Assembly: GCA_031362155.1 (NCBI GenBank)
Contig: JANLRZ010000056.1
Location: 39,735-103,734 of the forward strand
DNA from: Acidimicrobiia bacterium
Lineage (GTDB): Bacteria > Actinomycetota > Acidimicrobiia > IMCC26256 > JAENVU01
DNA length: 64,000 nt
Direction of reading: 5' to 3'
Of the stretch, positions 1 to 10,498 are shown in pieces. Both the position numbers and the translations under genes were made by a program. Each line of letters begins with the position of its first letter. Within the stretch, counting starts at the first letter, position 1. The notes under the pieces were generated by a model. The model was not told the DNA's origin, searched no databases, and was given only the letters and a program-made list of their open reading frames with translations.

Positions 1-338
1 CGTCGGAGGACCGGCAGTCAGGCAGTGGCCGTACGGCAAGGATTCGTCCAGGTCGACGATGTCCATTGGGTCAACCCCGCGGCTGTGACCGACACCTTGG
101 TGCTCGACCCCCATCACCCGGAGGCGTTGATGTACGCGCCGAGCACCAAAAAGTTGCTGGGAGTCATGTACCTCGCCGACGGACGCGAGCATGGGCCCAG
201 ATCGGAGGTCCCGAGACGACGTGGCACTACCACCTGTTCGGTGCGAGGGTCTGCATGATCCACGGTGGACGGGTGACGGTCGAAGTTCTTATAACCCGCG
301 CTGCAGCGCGCGAAGTTCGCGGTAGCCGATCTGGGTGA
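1..338 (+). pseudogene. Frameshifted or truncated hypothetical protein; 5' end lies outside the window
   Basis: ORF 25..258 (LDPHHPEALMY..LLGVMY..EHGP) continues naturally in ORF 66..338 (QIGGPETTWHYH). One missing C at about 196-198 (catgggcccagatc) would join them. The 3' end overlaps the convergent deacetylase gene. Confidence 0.5.
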
Positions 339-1128
339 GCGCGGCGCGATCGAGCAGGTCGGCGAACGCGGGGTCATGACACAGGGTGGCGTGGTCCTCG
401 ACGCGCCCGGCCCAGTCGGGGTGCGACGCCCTCAGCTCATCGGTGTCGACGGCAGGATGGAGGAAGACTTCGGTCACCCCCGGGCGGAGATCGAAGAGGA
501 CTCGTTCGATCGTGCGGCGACCGCCAATCGGCACGTCGACCATGTGGTCGGGGAAGACCACCCCTTCTTCGGCCGCGAGCCGACGAAACGGAAAGCCGAC
601 GCGATGTTCGGAGCTGGCGCCCGACAACCGCAGGGGCAACGCGAACTCGACCGCAAGTTCGAGGTAGACGTCGAAGAACTCCGGACGAAGTTGCAGGGTG
701 CCCATGTGACTGTCGAGATGAGAAACGTCGAACCCCCAGAGGATGGCGCGTTCGATTTGGGCTCGGCACTCTTTGCGCACCTCGTCGAGATCGGCGTGAT
801 CCCAGACGTCCTCGATCGTGCGCGGGAACCCGCCGTCGCCGTCGAGGAGACTGGGCGCGCGCGTGATGGGGCCCCAGCGGTAGTTCTTCCACTCCGAGTT
901 CAAGGTGAGGTGCACGCCGATGTCTTCGCCTCGATACATCGCGGCGGCGTCGCGCGACCACGGGCAGGGGACCATCAGCGTGGCGCTGGTCGCGACACCG
1001 GAACGCAGTGACTCGTACACCGCGACGTTGGCGGCACGCGACGAGCCCAGATCATCACAGTTGATGATCAACAGCCGTTCGTCGGGGGAGTGTCCCAACC
1101 GTTCGGCAACCGAAGGCCTATCGCCCAC
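289..1128 (-). CDS. ChbG/YdjC/HpnK family carbohydrate deacetylase
   Basis: IINCDDLG, GVHLTLN, SHLDSHMG and EVFLHP motifs. Confidence 0.85.
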   Translation of the reverse strand: MGDRPSVAERLGHSPDERLLIINCDDLGSSRAANVAVYESLRSGVATSATLMVPCPWSRDAAAMYRGEDIGVHLTLNSEWKNYRWGPITRAPSLLDGDGGFPRTIEDVWDHADLDEVRKECRAQIERAILWGFDVSHLDSHMGTLQLRPEFFDVYLELAVEFALPLRLSGASSEHRVGFPFRRLAAEEGVVFPDHMVDVPIGGRRTIERVLFDLRPGVTEVFLHPAVDTDELRASHPDWAGRVEDHATLCHDPAFADLLDRAALTQIGYRELRALQRGL

Positions 1129-1131
1129 GGG

Positions 1132-2319
<1,188 letters not shown>

Positions 2320-2408
2320 CTACGCCTCCGCAGGTAGTGGGTCGGGACCCGGATGGTAGTGCTGAGCCGGGTCCGGGGCGGCGGGAGGCCGAGCGTGACT
2401 CGCCCCAC

Positions 2409-3389
2409 TTACGAAGCGTCGAGGATGACCTTGCCAAAGTTGGTGTCGGCATCGAGCACGGCGTACGCATCGGACGCGTCGGCCAGCGCGATGACCTGGT
2501 CGACGATCGGCGCGACGCGAGCGTCGGCGAGCAGTGGCACCACCTCGGCGACGAAGGCGTCGGTGGCCGCGGCCTTGTCGGTGATCGAACGCGGACGCAG
2601 CACGGTGCCGTGGATCTCGCCGCGCTTCTGCATGAGCCCGAGCAGCGGGACCGCGGGGTTCCCGCCGGCCAGGGTGCCGACGATGATGATGCGACCACCG
2701 GGCGCCAGGGCCGAGACGTCGGCGGCAACGTAGTCACCGCCGACGAGGTCGATCACGACATCGGGCGGGCCGCCGCGCTCGATGATCTCCCGGGCCAGGC
2801 CGAGCGGATCCAGCTCGCGAGGCACCAGGATTCCGTGGTCGAGTCCGAGGGCACGAGCATCGACGAGCTTGGAATCGGTCCGGGCAGTGCCGGTCACGGT
2901 GCACCCGAAGGCCTTGGCCAGCTGCACCACCGCGGTCCCGACCCCCGAACCGACGGCATGCACGAGGACGTGCTCGCCTGGTTGCAGGCGGCCGCGCGTG
3001 CGCATGGCGTCGTGGGCGGTGACGAACACTTCGGGCACGCCGCCCGCGGTCACCAGATCGAGCGAGTCGGGCACGGGTGCACAATGAACGGCCGGCACGA
3101 CGACGTACTCCGCCTGCGCGCCGCCGCCGGTCACGCCGAATACCTTCGCGCCGATCTCGGGAATCGAGACTCCCTCGCCATGGGCATCGACCGTGCCGGC
3201 GAACTCGAGCCCGGGGATGTCAGCGGCAATGCCCGGTGGGGCTGGATAGAAGCCGGCCCGCTGGAGTAGATCGGCGCGGTTGAGGCCGGCACCGTGGACT
3301 CGGACCCGGACTTCGCCGGGTGCGGGTTCGGGCGTGGGTCGGTCCTCGATCGTGAGCGAACCGTCTCCGGGGCTGATGAGTGCACGCAT
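2409..3389 (-). CDS. NAD(P)H:quinone oxidoreductase, PIG3/zeta-crystallin family
   Basis: GLNRADLLQRAGFYP, PGLEFAG, HAVGSGVG, GKVIL. Start moved to the ATG at 3389, which has TACGGT 7 nt upstream. Confidence 0.9.
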   Translation of the reverse strand: MRALISPGDGSLTIEDRPTPEPAPGEVRVRVHGAGLNRADLLQRAGFYPAPPGIAADIPGLEFAGTVDAHGEGVSIPEIGAKVFGVTGGGAQAEYVVVPAVHCAPVPDSLDLVTAGGVPEVFVTAHDAMRTRGRLQPGEHVLVHAVGSGVGTAVVQLAKAFGCTVTGTARTDSKLVDARALGLDHGILVPRELDPLGLAREIIERGGPPDVVIDLVGGDYVAADVSALAPGGRIIIVGTLAGGNPAVPLLGLMQKRGEIHGTVLRPRSITDKAAATDAFVAEVVPLLADARVAPIVDQVIALADASDAYAVLDADTNFGKVILDAS

Positions 3390-3435
3390 CCGGCGGACCG
3401 TAGTCGTCGCCGTCGACGGCATGTAGGTTGCGTCC

Positions 3436-3786
3436 GTGGCCGACCTGACCATCGTTGATGACGAGGGTGCCAGCGTGGAGTTCGACGCCGTCGAAGCCGA
3501 GACGCTGATGAATCTCACCGATCAGCTCGAGGACGCGACCACGTCGGCCTGCCCCGATTGCCGCAGCCGAGTCGTGTCGGTGGTGGCCTTGGCCGACCTC
3601 CTCGAGGCATCGCCGCCGCATCCGAGGACCGGTGATCTGCTCGAGCTCGCCGACGACGCGCCAACCCTGCACGTGTACGTGGTCGACCGGGTAGCGCTGT
3701 GCGGCCACACTCGCTGGCGCGACCCCGGCCACGAAGAATGGACCGACGCGGTCATGCCCCCCGGAGTGATCCGCCGCCGTCCGTAA
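3436..3786 (+). CDS. Small hypothetical protein with CxxC plus His/Cys, possible metal binder
   Basis: 116-aa ORF filling the gap, CPDC and LCGH, with TAGGTT 6 nt before the GTG. Confidence 0.7.
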   Translation: MADLTIVDDEGASVEFDAVEAETLMNLTDQLEDATTSACPDCRSRVVSVVALADLLEASPPHPRTGDLLELADDAPTLHVYVVDRVALCGHTRWRDPGHEEWTDAVMPPGVIRRRP

Positions 3787-3795
3787 ATCGGTGGG

Positions 3796-5202
3796 TCAGG
3801 CGAGGGCGGCGAGTTCGGCGAACGACTCGCGGAGCAGGTCGAGCAAGCGATCGGGATCGATGACGGCGGCCGGGTCGGAGTTGATCCCGAGATGCAATTC
3901 ACCGCAGTAGGACATCATCGTCACGTTGAGCGGTACCCCGGCACGCGGCCCGAATGGATAGCTCGCCTCGATCCGGCCGCCGCCGAGGAACAAGTCGATG
4001 GGGCTGCCGCGCAGGTTCGACGTGGCGAAATCGATGGTCCGGGTCTGGGCGCGGAACAGGGTGACCAGCATCGCGGTCGGGACGCCGGCCGCGGCTGCGG
4101 CCAGGAGGTCGGCGGCGTCGAGTGCGGGCTCGGCCCGGATCGTGTGCAACGAGTGCTGTACCGCCGCCAGATGCTCGGCGGCGCCGACGGCCGGGGTCGG
4201 GACCAGGACCCGGGTGGGTGCGAACCGGTTCGCGGTGGCGTCGCCCTGGTCTCGGGTGCTCACCGGCATGGCCATGCGGAGCGCCTCGGGATCTTCACCG
4301 AACTCCCGGTGGAACGACGCCAACGCACGGGCTACGCCGGTGACGAAGACATCGTTGACGCTCGCGCCGTGCTCCTTCGCAGCCCGGTGGAGGGGGTCGA
4401 ACTCGATCCCCATCGAGTCGTACCGACGGGCCAACGACCGAGTGGCGAACAGCCGGGACCGACCGCGTTCGGTGACGAGAACCTGGCGGCGCAAGGAACG
4501 CACGAACTCGATCGCGTCGCGGGTGGCGCCCGGAAGTTCGGTCGGCCGGGCTGCGGTCGTGATGGTGGAGCCGAGCACATGGCGGGCCAGGTCCAGTGTG
4601 CGACGGCTGCGGTGGGCGATCGCGTCGCGGATCACATCGACGGGACCGTCACGATCGATGGGATCATCGATCGCCACTTCGCGTTCGCGCTGGCCGATGT
4701 CGTCGATCAACGACTGCACCTCGGTCTCCGATGCCGGCTCGCGTTCGAGGTCGACGAGGCTCAGCGACAGTCGCATCGCACCGACGCCGTCGGTGATCGC
4801 GTGATGCAGGCGTTGGATGAGCGCAGCGCGATCGCCGTCGAGACCCTCCACCAGGGTGAACTCCCACAGCGGGCGGGATCGGTCGAGCGGCGGCGCGGTC
4901 ACCGACGCCGCGAGATCCAGCAACCCGCGCGTGGTTCCGGGAGACGGGATCGCGATCCGGCGCAGGTGATAGTCAGGCTCGAAAGTCGGATCGGTGCGCC
5001 ACTCGGGCGGCGCCACGCGCAGTGGCGGTGAGATGACCCGTTCGCCGAGTCTCGGGATCGCGACGAGCGCGCGCTGGATGGTGGCGTGCATGCGGTCGTC
5101 GGCGGGGGCGCGATCGAGGATCGTCACATTGGCGAAGTCGGACCGGAGGGCCGGGTCCTTCTCGACCGCCCACATGATTGCTTCGCTCGGCGACATTCGC
5201 AT
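3796..5202 (-). CDS. Wax ester synthase/diacylglycerol acyltransferase (WS/DGAT)
   Basis: HHAITDG catalytic motif, PLDRSRPLWE, SNLRG; start at MRMSPSEAIMW. Confidence 0.92.
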   Translation of the reverse strand: MRMSPSEAIMWAVEKDPALRSDFANVTILDRAPADDRMHATIQRALVAIPRLGERVISPPLRVAPPEWRTDPTFEPDYHLRRIAIPSPGTTRGLLDLAASVTAPPLDRSRPLWEFTLVEGLDGDRAALIQRLHHAITDGVGAMRLSLSLVDLEREPASETEVQSLIDDIGQREREVAIDDPIDRDGPVDVIRDAIAHRSRRTLDLARHVLGSTITTAARPTELPGATRDAIEFVRSLRRQVLVTERGRSRLFATRSLARRYDSMGIEFDPLHRAAKEHGASVNDVFVTGVARALASFHREFGEDPEALRMAMPVSTRDQGDATANRFAPTRVLVPTPAVGAAEHLAAVQHSLHTIRAEPALDAADLLAAAAAGVPTAMLVTLFRAQTRTIDFATSNLRGSPIDLFLGGGRIEASYPFGPRAGVPLNVTMMSYCGELHLGINSDPAAVIDPDRLLDLLRESFAELAALA

Positions 5203-5254
5203 CGGGCCACCTGCTCCGTAGGGGCCGACGCAACGGCGCGCCGGTGCCGACAGC

Positions 5255-5782
5255 CTATTTCGTCGGTTCGCCGACCCAGCGGCTGAGTACCCGTCCGAGG
5301 ACGAGGCCGAGCGCCGCCCCACCGACAACATCCGATGCGTGGTGCATGCGCACGTAGACCCGACTCCCGGCGACGAGCCCGGCGAGCACCCACCACGGGC
5401 CGCGGCGCCCGGGTTTGGCCAACAAGCTGACGGCCGTGAACGCGGCCGTGGCATGGCCGGAGGGGAATGACGAGGTGATGGGTCGGCGCATGCCGTACGG
5501 CAGCCGGCCTTCGTCGGTGTCGGGCGCGGGGCGGCTGCGCTTGAACATGGCCTTGATCGGGCCGTTGGTGAGTGCCGACTCGAAGCCCATGCTTGCTCCG
5601 TAGCGCAGTGCGTACCGGTAATCGCCGGTACGAATCGAACGCGCGACGCCGATGGCAAACCACAGGATGCTGTGGTCGGCCGCGGTCGACAGCGAGTAGA
5701 ACACCCGGTCGAGGAGCGGGGAGCGTATGGCTTCGACCGCGGCGTCGACCCGCTGATCGAACTGATCGACGGCCGGGTGCAC
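5255..5782 (-). CDS. PAP2 family membrane phosphatase
   Basis: KxxxKRxRP, SFPSGH and SRVYVRMHHASDV motifs; the GTG start overlaps the upstream TAG. Confidence 0.88.
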   Translation of the reverse strand: MHPAVDQFDQRVDAAVEAIRSPLLDRVFYSLSTAADHSILWFAIGVARSIRTGDYRYALRYGASMGFESALTNGPIKAMFKRSRPAPDTDEGRLPYGMRRPITSSFPSGHATAAFTAVSLLAKPGRRGPWWVLAGLVAGSRVYVRMHHASDVVGGAALGLVLGRVLSRWVGEPTK

Positions 5783-6627
5783 TAGGCCGAGGTCGTGGCC
5801 AACGGCAGGGTGGATTCGATCATCTGGCCCGGACCGAGCAGCTCCGCCGCCTGGAGTGGGTCGCCGCCGTAGGCCGGGCAGTACGGCTTGTAGGCACACC
5901 AGTTGCAGAGCGGACCGGTGCTGGGCCGAAAGTCGTCCCGTTCGCACGCTCGACCGATCGCCGACCACAACGCATCGGTCTTGCGCATGACGCCGGTGAT
6001 CGACTGCTCGGACGGGCTGGTGATGATCGCTTCCGGCTTCGACAGGTACAGGAGCTGCACCTTGACCGGCCGCTTCCCCAGAACGTGTTCGACCATCGCC
6101 GCGTACATGTGCACCCCGGCGAGTCGTTTGATCTCGTATTTCTCGCCGGGCACGGAACCGGTCTTGTAGTCGGTGATCACGAGTTCACCGTCTGCGTCGA
6201 GCTCGAGCCGGTCGATGATGCCGCGCAACTGCACCGTGCCGATCGTGGCCGCGAGGCGCAGTTCGAGGCCGATCGGCACGATCGTGGTCGGGTCTTCGAG
6301 TTCGAAGTACTTGTGGACCAGCACCTCGGCGTCGGCATGGAACCGATCCCACTCGTCGTCGGTGAGTTCGAGTTCCGCGAAGTCGGGGTGGAGGGCGAGT
6401 TCGGTACGGGCGCGTCCCAAGTCGGTCAACGCGTTGGGCACGGTGCGGGCCGGAGCGTCTCGCAGCATCAGCAGTTCGAGGGCCCGGTGGACGAGCGTGC
6501 CCTTACTGGCGGCCGCCGACGGTGGTTGAGGAAGCCGGTCGAGGTAGGAGAAGCGGAACGCGAGCGGGCAATCCTTGAACGCCGAGAACGACGACGGTGA
6601 CAGGCCTCGCGGCTTCCCTACTCCCAT
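5782..6627 (-). CDS. RecB/AddB/Cas4-like PD-(D/E)xK nuclease with predicted 4Fe-4S staple
   Basis: LSPSS..F..CP, KGTLVH, RGIIDRL..DYKTG, C-terminal CNWC-x5-CP. Confidence 0.9.
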   Translation of the reverse strand: MGVGKPRGLSPSSFSAFKDCPLAFRFSYLDRLPQPPSAAASKGTLVHRALELLMLRDAPARTVPNALTDLGRARTELALHPDFAELELTDDEWDRFHADAEVLVHKYFELEDPTTIVPIGLELRLAATIGTVQLRGIIDRLELDADGELVITDYKTGSVPGEKYEIKRLAGVHMYAAMVEHVLGKRPVKVQLLYLSKPEAIITSPSEQSITGVMRKTDALWSAIGRACERDDFRPSTGPLCNWCAYKPYCPAYGGDPLQAAELLGPGQMIESTLPLATTSA

Positions 6628-6733
6628 GCCGTCAGGGTACCGGGGAGGTGTGACCACCGCCGGGACCACCGCCGGATCACCACCCGGTGGTGAAGCGGGG
6701 TCGCTATTCTCCGGGCGGTCTGGAGGAGGACGT

Positions 6734-7768
6734 ATGAAGGTCGATGGTGGGATCGGTTCGATCTCGGCGAGTGGGGCGAAGGGTCTGGCGGGGATCGCGT
6801 CGGCGGCCAAAGCCCAGGAGGACCTGGGTTACGACGGGATCTGGTCGGCCGAGACGAGTCACGATCCCTTCTATCCGCTGCTCATCGCCGCCGAACACAC
6901 CGAACGGATCGAGTTGGGCACCGGTATCGCGGTGGCGTTTGCCCGCAGCCCGATGACGCTCGCCAACACCGCGTGGGACCTGCAGGGGTACTCGGGCGGG
7001 CGGTTCATCCTCGGGCTCGGCAGTCAGATCAAGCCGCACATCGAGAAGCGGTTCTCGATGCCGTGGTCGTCGCCCGCCGCCCGCATGCGTGAACTCGTGC
7101 TCGCGATGCGAGCGATCTGGGCCAACTGGCAGGACGGCACGCCGCTGAAGTTCGAAGGCGAGTTCTATCGCCACACACTGATGACGCCGTTCTTCAACCC
7201 GGGCCCGATCGAGGCCGGGCCACCGAAGGTGTTCCTCGCCGCCGTCGGCGAGAAGATGACCGAGACCGCGGGGGAAGTATGCGACGGCATCATCCTGCAC
7301 GGGTTCACCACCGAGCGGTACGTGCGCGAGGTCACCATTCCCGCGCTCGAGCGGGGGTGGGAGAAGGCGGGGAAGACCCGGGCCGACTTCCAGCTCTCGG
7401 GGCCACTGTTCGTCGTGACCGGCACCACTGACGAGCAGATGGACAAGGCCCGCGCCGGGACGAAACAGCAGATCGCGTTCTACGGCTCGACGCCCGCGTA
7501 CCGCGGCGTGCTCGAACTCCACGGTTGGGGCGACCTCCAGACCGACCTCAACGCGTTGTCCAAGCAGGGCAAGTGGGTCGAGATGGGCGAACTCATCGAC
7601 GACGAGATTCTCGAGACGTTTGCCGTGGTTGGTGCACCGGAGTCGATTGCCGCGGAGCTCTCGGCGCGCTACGGCGACATCGTCGACCGACTGTCGTTCT
7701 ACGCGCCCTACGAGGCCGATCGTGAGCGCTGGGCCGCGGTGATCGAAGGTTTGCGCACCGCGAGCTAA
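6734..7768 (+). CDS. F420-dependent LLM-class oxidoreductase (TIGR03617-like)
   Basis: AETSHDPF, AFARSPM, GLGSQIKPHIEKRFSMPW, FYGSTPAY; SD GGAGGAGG before ATG 6734. Confidence 0.9.
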   Translation: MKVDGGIGSISASGAKGLAGIASAAKAQEDLGYDGIWSAETSHDPFYPLLIAAEHTERIELGTGIAVAFARSPMTLANTAWDLQGYSGGRFILGLGSQIKPHIEKRFSMPWSSPAARMRELVLAMRAIWANWQDGTPLKFEGEFYRHTLMTPFFNPGPIEAGPPKVFLAAVGEKMTETAGEVCDGIILHGFTTERYVREVTIPALERGWEKAGKTRADFQLSGPLFVVTGTTDEQMDKARAGTKQQIAFYGSTPAYRGVLELHGWGDLQTDLNALSKQGKWVEMGELIDDEILETFAVVGAPESIAAELSARYGDIVDRLSFYAPYEADRERWAAVIEGLRTAS

Positions 7769-7829
7769 CTCGCTGAGGTTCTCAGACCGAAGCGTTCGAC
7801 GCCATCTCGGGATAGCCGGGCGCGTGGGC

Positions 7830-9194
7830 TCAGTCCGAGAGCCGGTCCAGGGCAGCCCGCGCTCTCGGCGCCCACTCGAGGTCGTAGTGGGGGCGGACTC
7901 GCAACGCGTCGGTGAGCAGCCGCCGCGCCCGGTCGTCATGACCGGCCCGGGCTTCGATGAGCCCGCCCTGGGCCTGCAAGACGGGGTCGGCCGTCCCGAA
8001 CCGGAGAGCGGCCCGAGAGTGGCGCACGGCGGCCGCGAGGTGGCCGGTGCGGTACTCGGCCCACGCGAGGATGCCAGAGGAATGGATGTCCTGACGTGCG
8101 GCGAAGTCGGCGCGGGCGGCGGCCAGCGCGGTCGTGGGTTCGGTGTCGGAGAAGAACGATGCGAGGTGGCGTCGCTCCGCCGGGAACCGTCCAAGTTGTT
8201 CGTGGCCGATTCGAAGTCCGTTCGCGACCTCCTCGCGCGCGGCATCGGCGTTTCCGAGGGCTCGCTCGACCTTCGCCAAGTCACCGTGAAGATCCGCGGC
8301 CGGGGTCAGAGTCACCAACGTCTGGTAGCGGCGCTGGGCATCTGACCACCGACCTTGCTCGACGCGAACGCGGGCGAGGAGTTCGAGGCTGGGTAGGTGT
8401 CGTGGCGCAATCCGCAGGCCCGAGGTGAGGTGCCTGCTCGCATCATCAAATCGCCCGGCTTGGAGTTCGTAGTTCGCGAGTTGAAACCAGTAGAAGGCGG
8501 CGTCGGCCGGCCGCTGGTCGAGGTCACCGACCGCGATGAGAGCGCGGCGGGCGGCGTCGACGGCCGTCGACGCGTCGCCGTCGAGCTGCGCGACCCGGGC
8601 GACGCGGCTTTCGACGCTGCCCGAACCCGGCAGTCTCGCGGCGAGTTCGCCGTAGGTTGCACGCGCGGCCCGGTACTGGCCGAGTTCGAACTGGGCGTCG
8701 CCGAGGCTGACGCGAGCAGGGATGGACGCAGGATCGCGGTCGAGGACTTGCCGAGCCAGTGATGCGGTCGTCGCGAACTCGTGTTGCGCCGCGAGCGAAC
8801 TGGCCAGACCGAGCACGGACTGGGCGTCGCGCGGGCTCTGCGCGACTGCGGTGCGGAACTGTTGCTCCGCCACCTCGTACCCGGTGAGGTCGCCCGTCTC
8901 CGCGGCTTGGGCCATGAGTGATCGCGCGTAGAAGCGCCGGGAGGGCAGGTCGACCGGGTCCGCAGCCACCCGCTGGGCCCAGAACCCGACGGTGGTGGCG
9001 ATCGCTGCCGTACCGGTGGATGCCGAACGCATGACGACCGGATCGGGGAGCGGCGCATCGACCCGTTCGGGCGATCCGGGTCGCGCGGCCGCGATTCCTA
9101 CTGCCGCGGTGGCCACGATGAGAACGGCGATGAGCGCGGCACGAGTCACCGTCGGGAAGTGTCGGCGCGGGGCGAGCGCAGGCTGGGCGATCAT
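7830..9194 (-). CDS. Exported or membrane-anchored tetratricopeptide-repeat protein
   Basis: N-terminal hydrophobic segment, repeated helical TPR-like units (A..L...G.Y..A), SD GGAGAGGAA. Confidence 0.8.
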   Translation of the reverse strand: MIAQPALAPRRHFPTVTRAALIAVLIVATAAVGIAAARPGSPERVDAPLPDPVVMRSASTGTAAIATTVGFWAQRVAADPVDLPSRRFYARSLMAQAAETGDLTGYEVAEQQFRTAVAQSPRDAQSVLGLASSLAAQHEFATTASLARQVLDRDPASIPARVSLGDAQFELGQYRAARATYGELAARLPGSGSVESRVARVAQLDGDASTAVDAARRALIAVGDLDQRPADAAFYWFQLANYELQAGRFDDASRHLTSGLRIAPRHLPSLELLARVRVEQGRWSDAQRRYQTLVTLTPAADLHGDLAKVERALGNADAAREEVANGLRIGHEQLGRFPAERRHLASFFSDTEPTTALAAARADFAARQDIHSSGILAWAEYRTGHLAAAVRHSRAALRFGTADPVLQAQGGLIEARAGHDDRARRLLTDALRVRPHYDLEWAPRARAALDRLSD

Positions 9195-9213
9195 GGCTTC
9201 CTCTCCGAGTGGC

Positions 9214-9247
9214 GGGGGGGGGGGGGGGGGCGGCCCCCCCCCCCCCC
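9214..9247. repeat. G17-CGG-C14 homopolymer inverted repeat between the DUF4331 and TPR genes
   Basis: Read directly: G run 9214-9230, C run 9234-9247. Confidence 0.8.
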
Positions 9248-9260
9248 GACGTGGTGCGGG

Positions 9261-10304
9261 TCAGTTCTTCGGTGCGAGGAACGGGAAGCTCGGCGTGAAG
9301 GCCGAGTCGTTCCCGACGCAGTCGGAGGTGAGGACGGCTCCGACTCCCAGGCCGCCGGTGACGATGTTCAACTCGGTGTCGATCACGTCGTCGGTCAGCT
9401 TCCGGCCGTTGAGGTCCGCGAAGCCGGCGTTCGATGACGTGTCGACGGTGAGCACATCGGGCAGGAGCAGCTCTGCGATGCTGGTCGCCTGGGCGTCGTT
9501 GTATCCCGTGCCGTCGAGCCCGCTGAGCGCCTTGAGCTTGGCGACCACCGTCGGAAGCCACCGGGATCGGTCGCTCTGGGGCTTGGTCTGATTGAACTCG
9601 TCCTTCCCGGTGGCGGGAATGAACACGGTGTTGATTGCGGGCCGAGCCATCCGGTCGACCGTCTCACCGTCGAGTCGCGTACGACCCCAGACGCCGATGG
9701 CATTCCCCCCGAGCGACCGGCTCGGGACCTCGACCGCGATCGCGTTCGTGTTCAGTCCCTTGAAGAAGTTCGTCGCATTGGCGTCACAGAACGTTCGACT
9801 CCCGCCTTCACCGACGACCTGGTCCTTGAACGCTTGCAGGTCGAAGAAGAATGGGTCGTCGGCGAGGCCGGCCCACGCGACGGCCGGTTCCGACTTCCTC
9901 AACGACAGCACCTGGTCGGTGTCGCCGCTGACCTTGTACTTCCTTGCGACGTCGAACTCGACCTCGACCGACTGGCTTCCGGTCTTCGAGGGTTTGCCGA
10001 AGGTGAAGTCGATGTAGCCGTTCGACCGGGCGTCACCGTCGTTGTCGACAACGAACTGGTACTTGGCATCAGGATGGAACGTCGTGCCGTTCTGGGTGCC
10101 CGCGAGTGGATTCACCGTCATGATGAGCACGGTGTTGGCAGGGTTGGTGGGTGATCGGAACGCGTAGACGTCGTTGATGTCGGTGCGACCGTCGGTCTTG
10201 ACCGCCGGTGCATCGAGGTGGTCGGCGGCGTATGCACTGGTGCCGACGCCGACCGAGGTGGCAGCGAGCGTTACCACGCCCACTGCCATGGAGAACTTGC
10301 GCAT
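9261..10304 (-). CDS. Secreted DUF4331-family protein
   Basis: Signal peptide (AYA|A), DHLDAP, DINDVYAF, DDPFFFD, DRMARPAINTVF, NGRKLTDDVID. Confidence 0.88.
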   Translation of the reverse strand: MRKFSMAVGVVTLAATSVGVGTSAYAADHLDAPAVKTDGRTDINDVYAFRSPTNPANTVLIMTVNPLAGTQNGTTFHPDAKYQFVVDNDGDARSNGYIDFTFGKPSKTGSQSVEVEFDVARKYKVSGDTDQVLSLRKSEPAVAWAGLADDPFFFDLQAFKDQVVGEGGSRTFCDANATNFFKGLNTNAIAVEVPSRSLGGNAIGVWGRTRLDGETVDRMARPAINTVFIPATGKDEFNQTKPQSDRSRWLPTVVAKLKALSGLDGTGYNDAQATSIAELLLPDVLTVDTSSNAGFADLNGRKLTDDVIDTELNIVTGGLGVGAVLTSDCVGNDSAFTPSFPFLAPKN

Positions 10305-10399
10305 GAGGAACCTCCCAGTCCCGTTGAGTGTGACGGGACTGGTTCGGTCTGGGGTGCTCGCGCGGATGACCGAGACCTGAGTTTTTCTTCACGTCGGAT

Positions 10400-10497
10400 C
10401 GACATGTCGGCTCGTACGTTCGCCATCTCGGTGCACGTCCTTGGCGTGGGCTCACTGCCTCGCGGCTCGTCTGCGCTCGTTCCTCGCTCCGGCTCGA
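10400..10497 (+). repeat. REP-like intergenic repeat, family A copy 1
   Basis: Shares cgacatRtcggctcgt with 60151-60240 (rc), and tcgccatctcggtgc..cgtgggctc..gctccggctcg with 30900-30981. Confidence 0.65.
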
Positions 10498-10498
10498 C

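Noticed and set aside
5782-6627. Cas4-like nuclease as evidence of a CRISPR-Cas or defence locus
   Set aside because: No cas1/cas2, no repeat-spacer array and no other defence genes nearby; solo RecB-like nucleases are common in actinobacteria.
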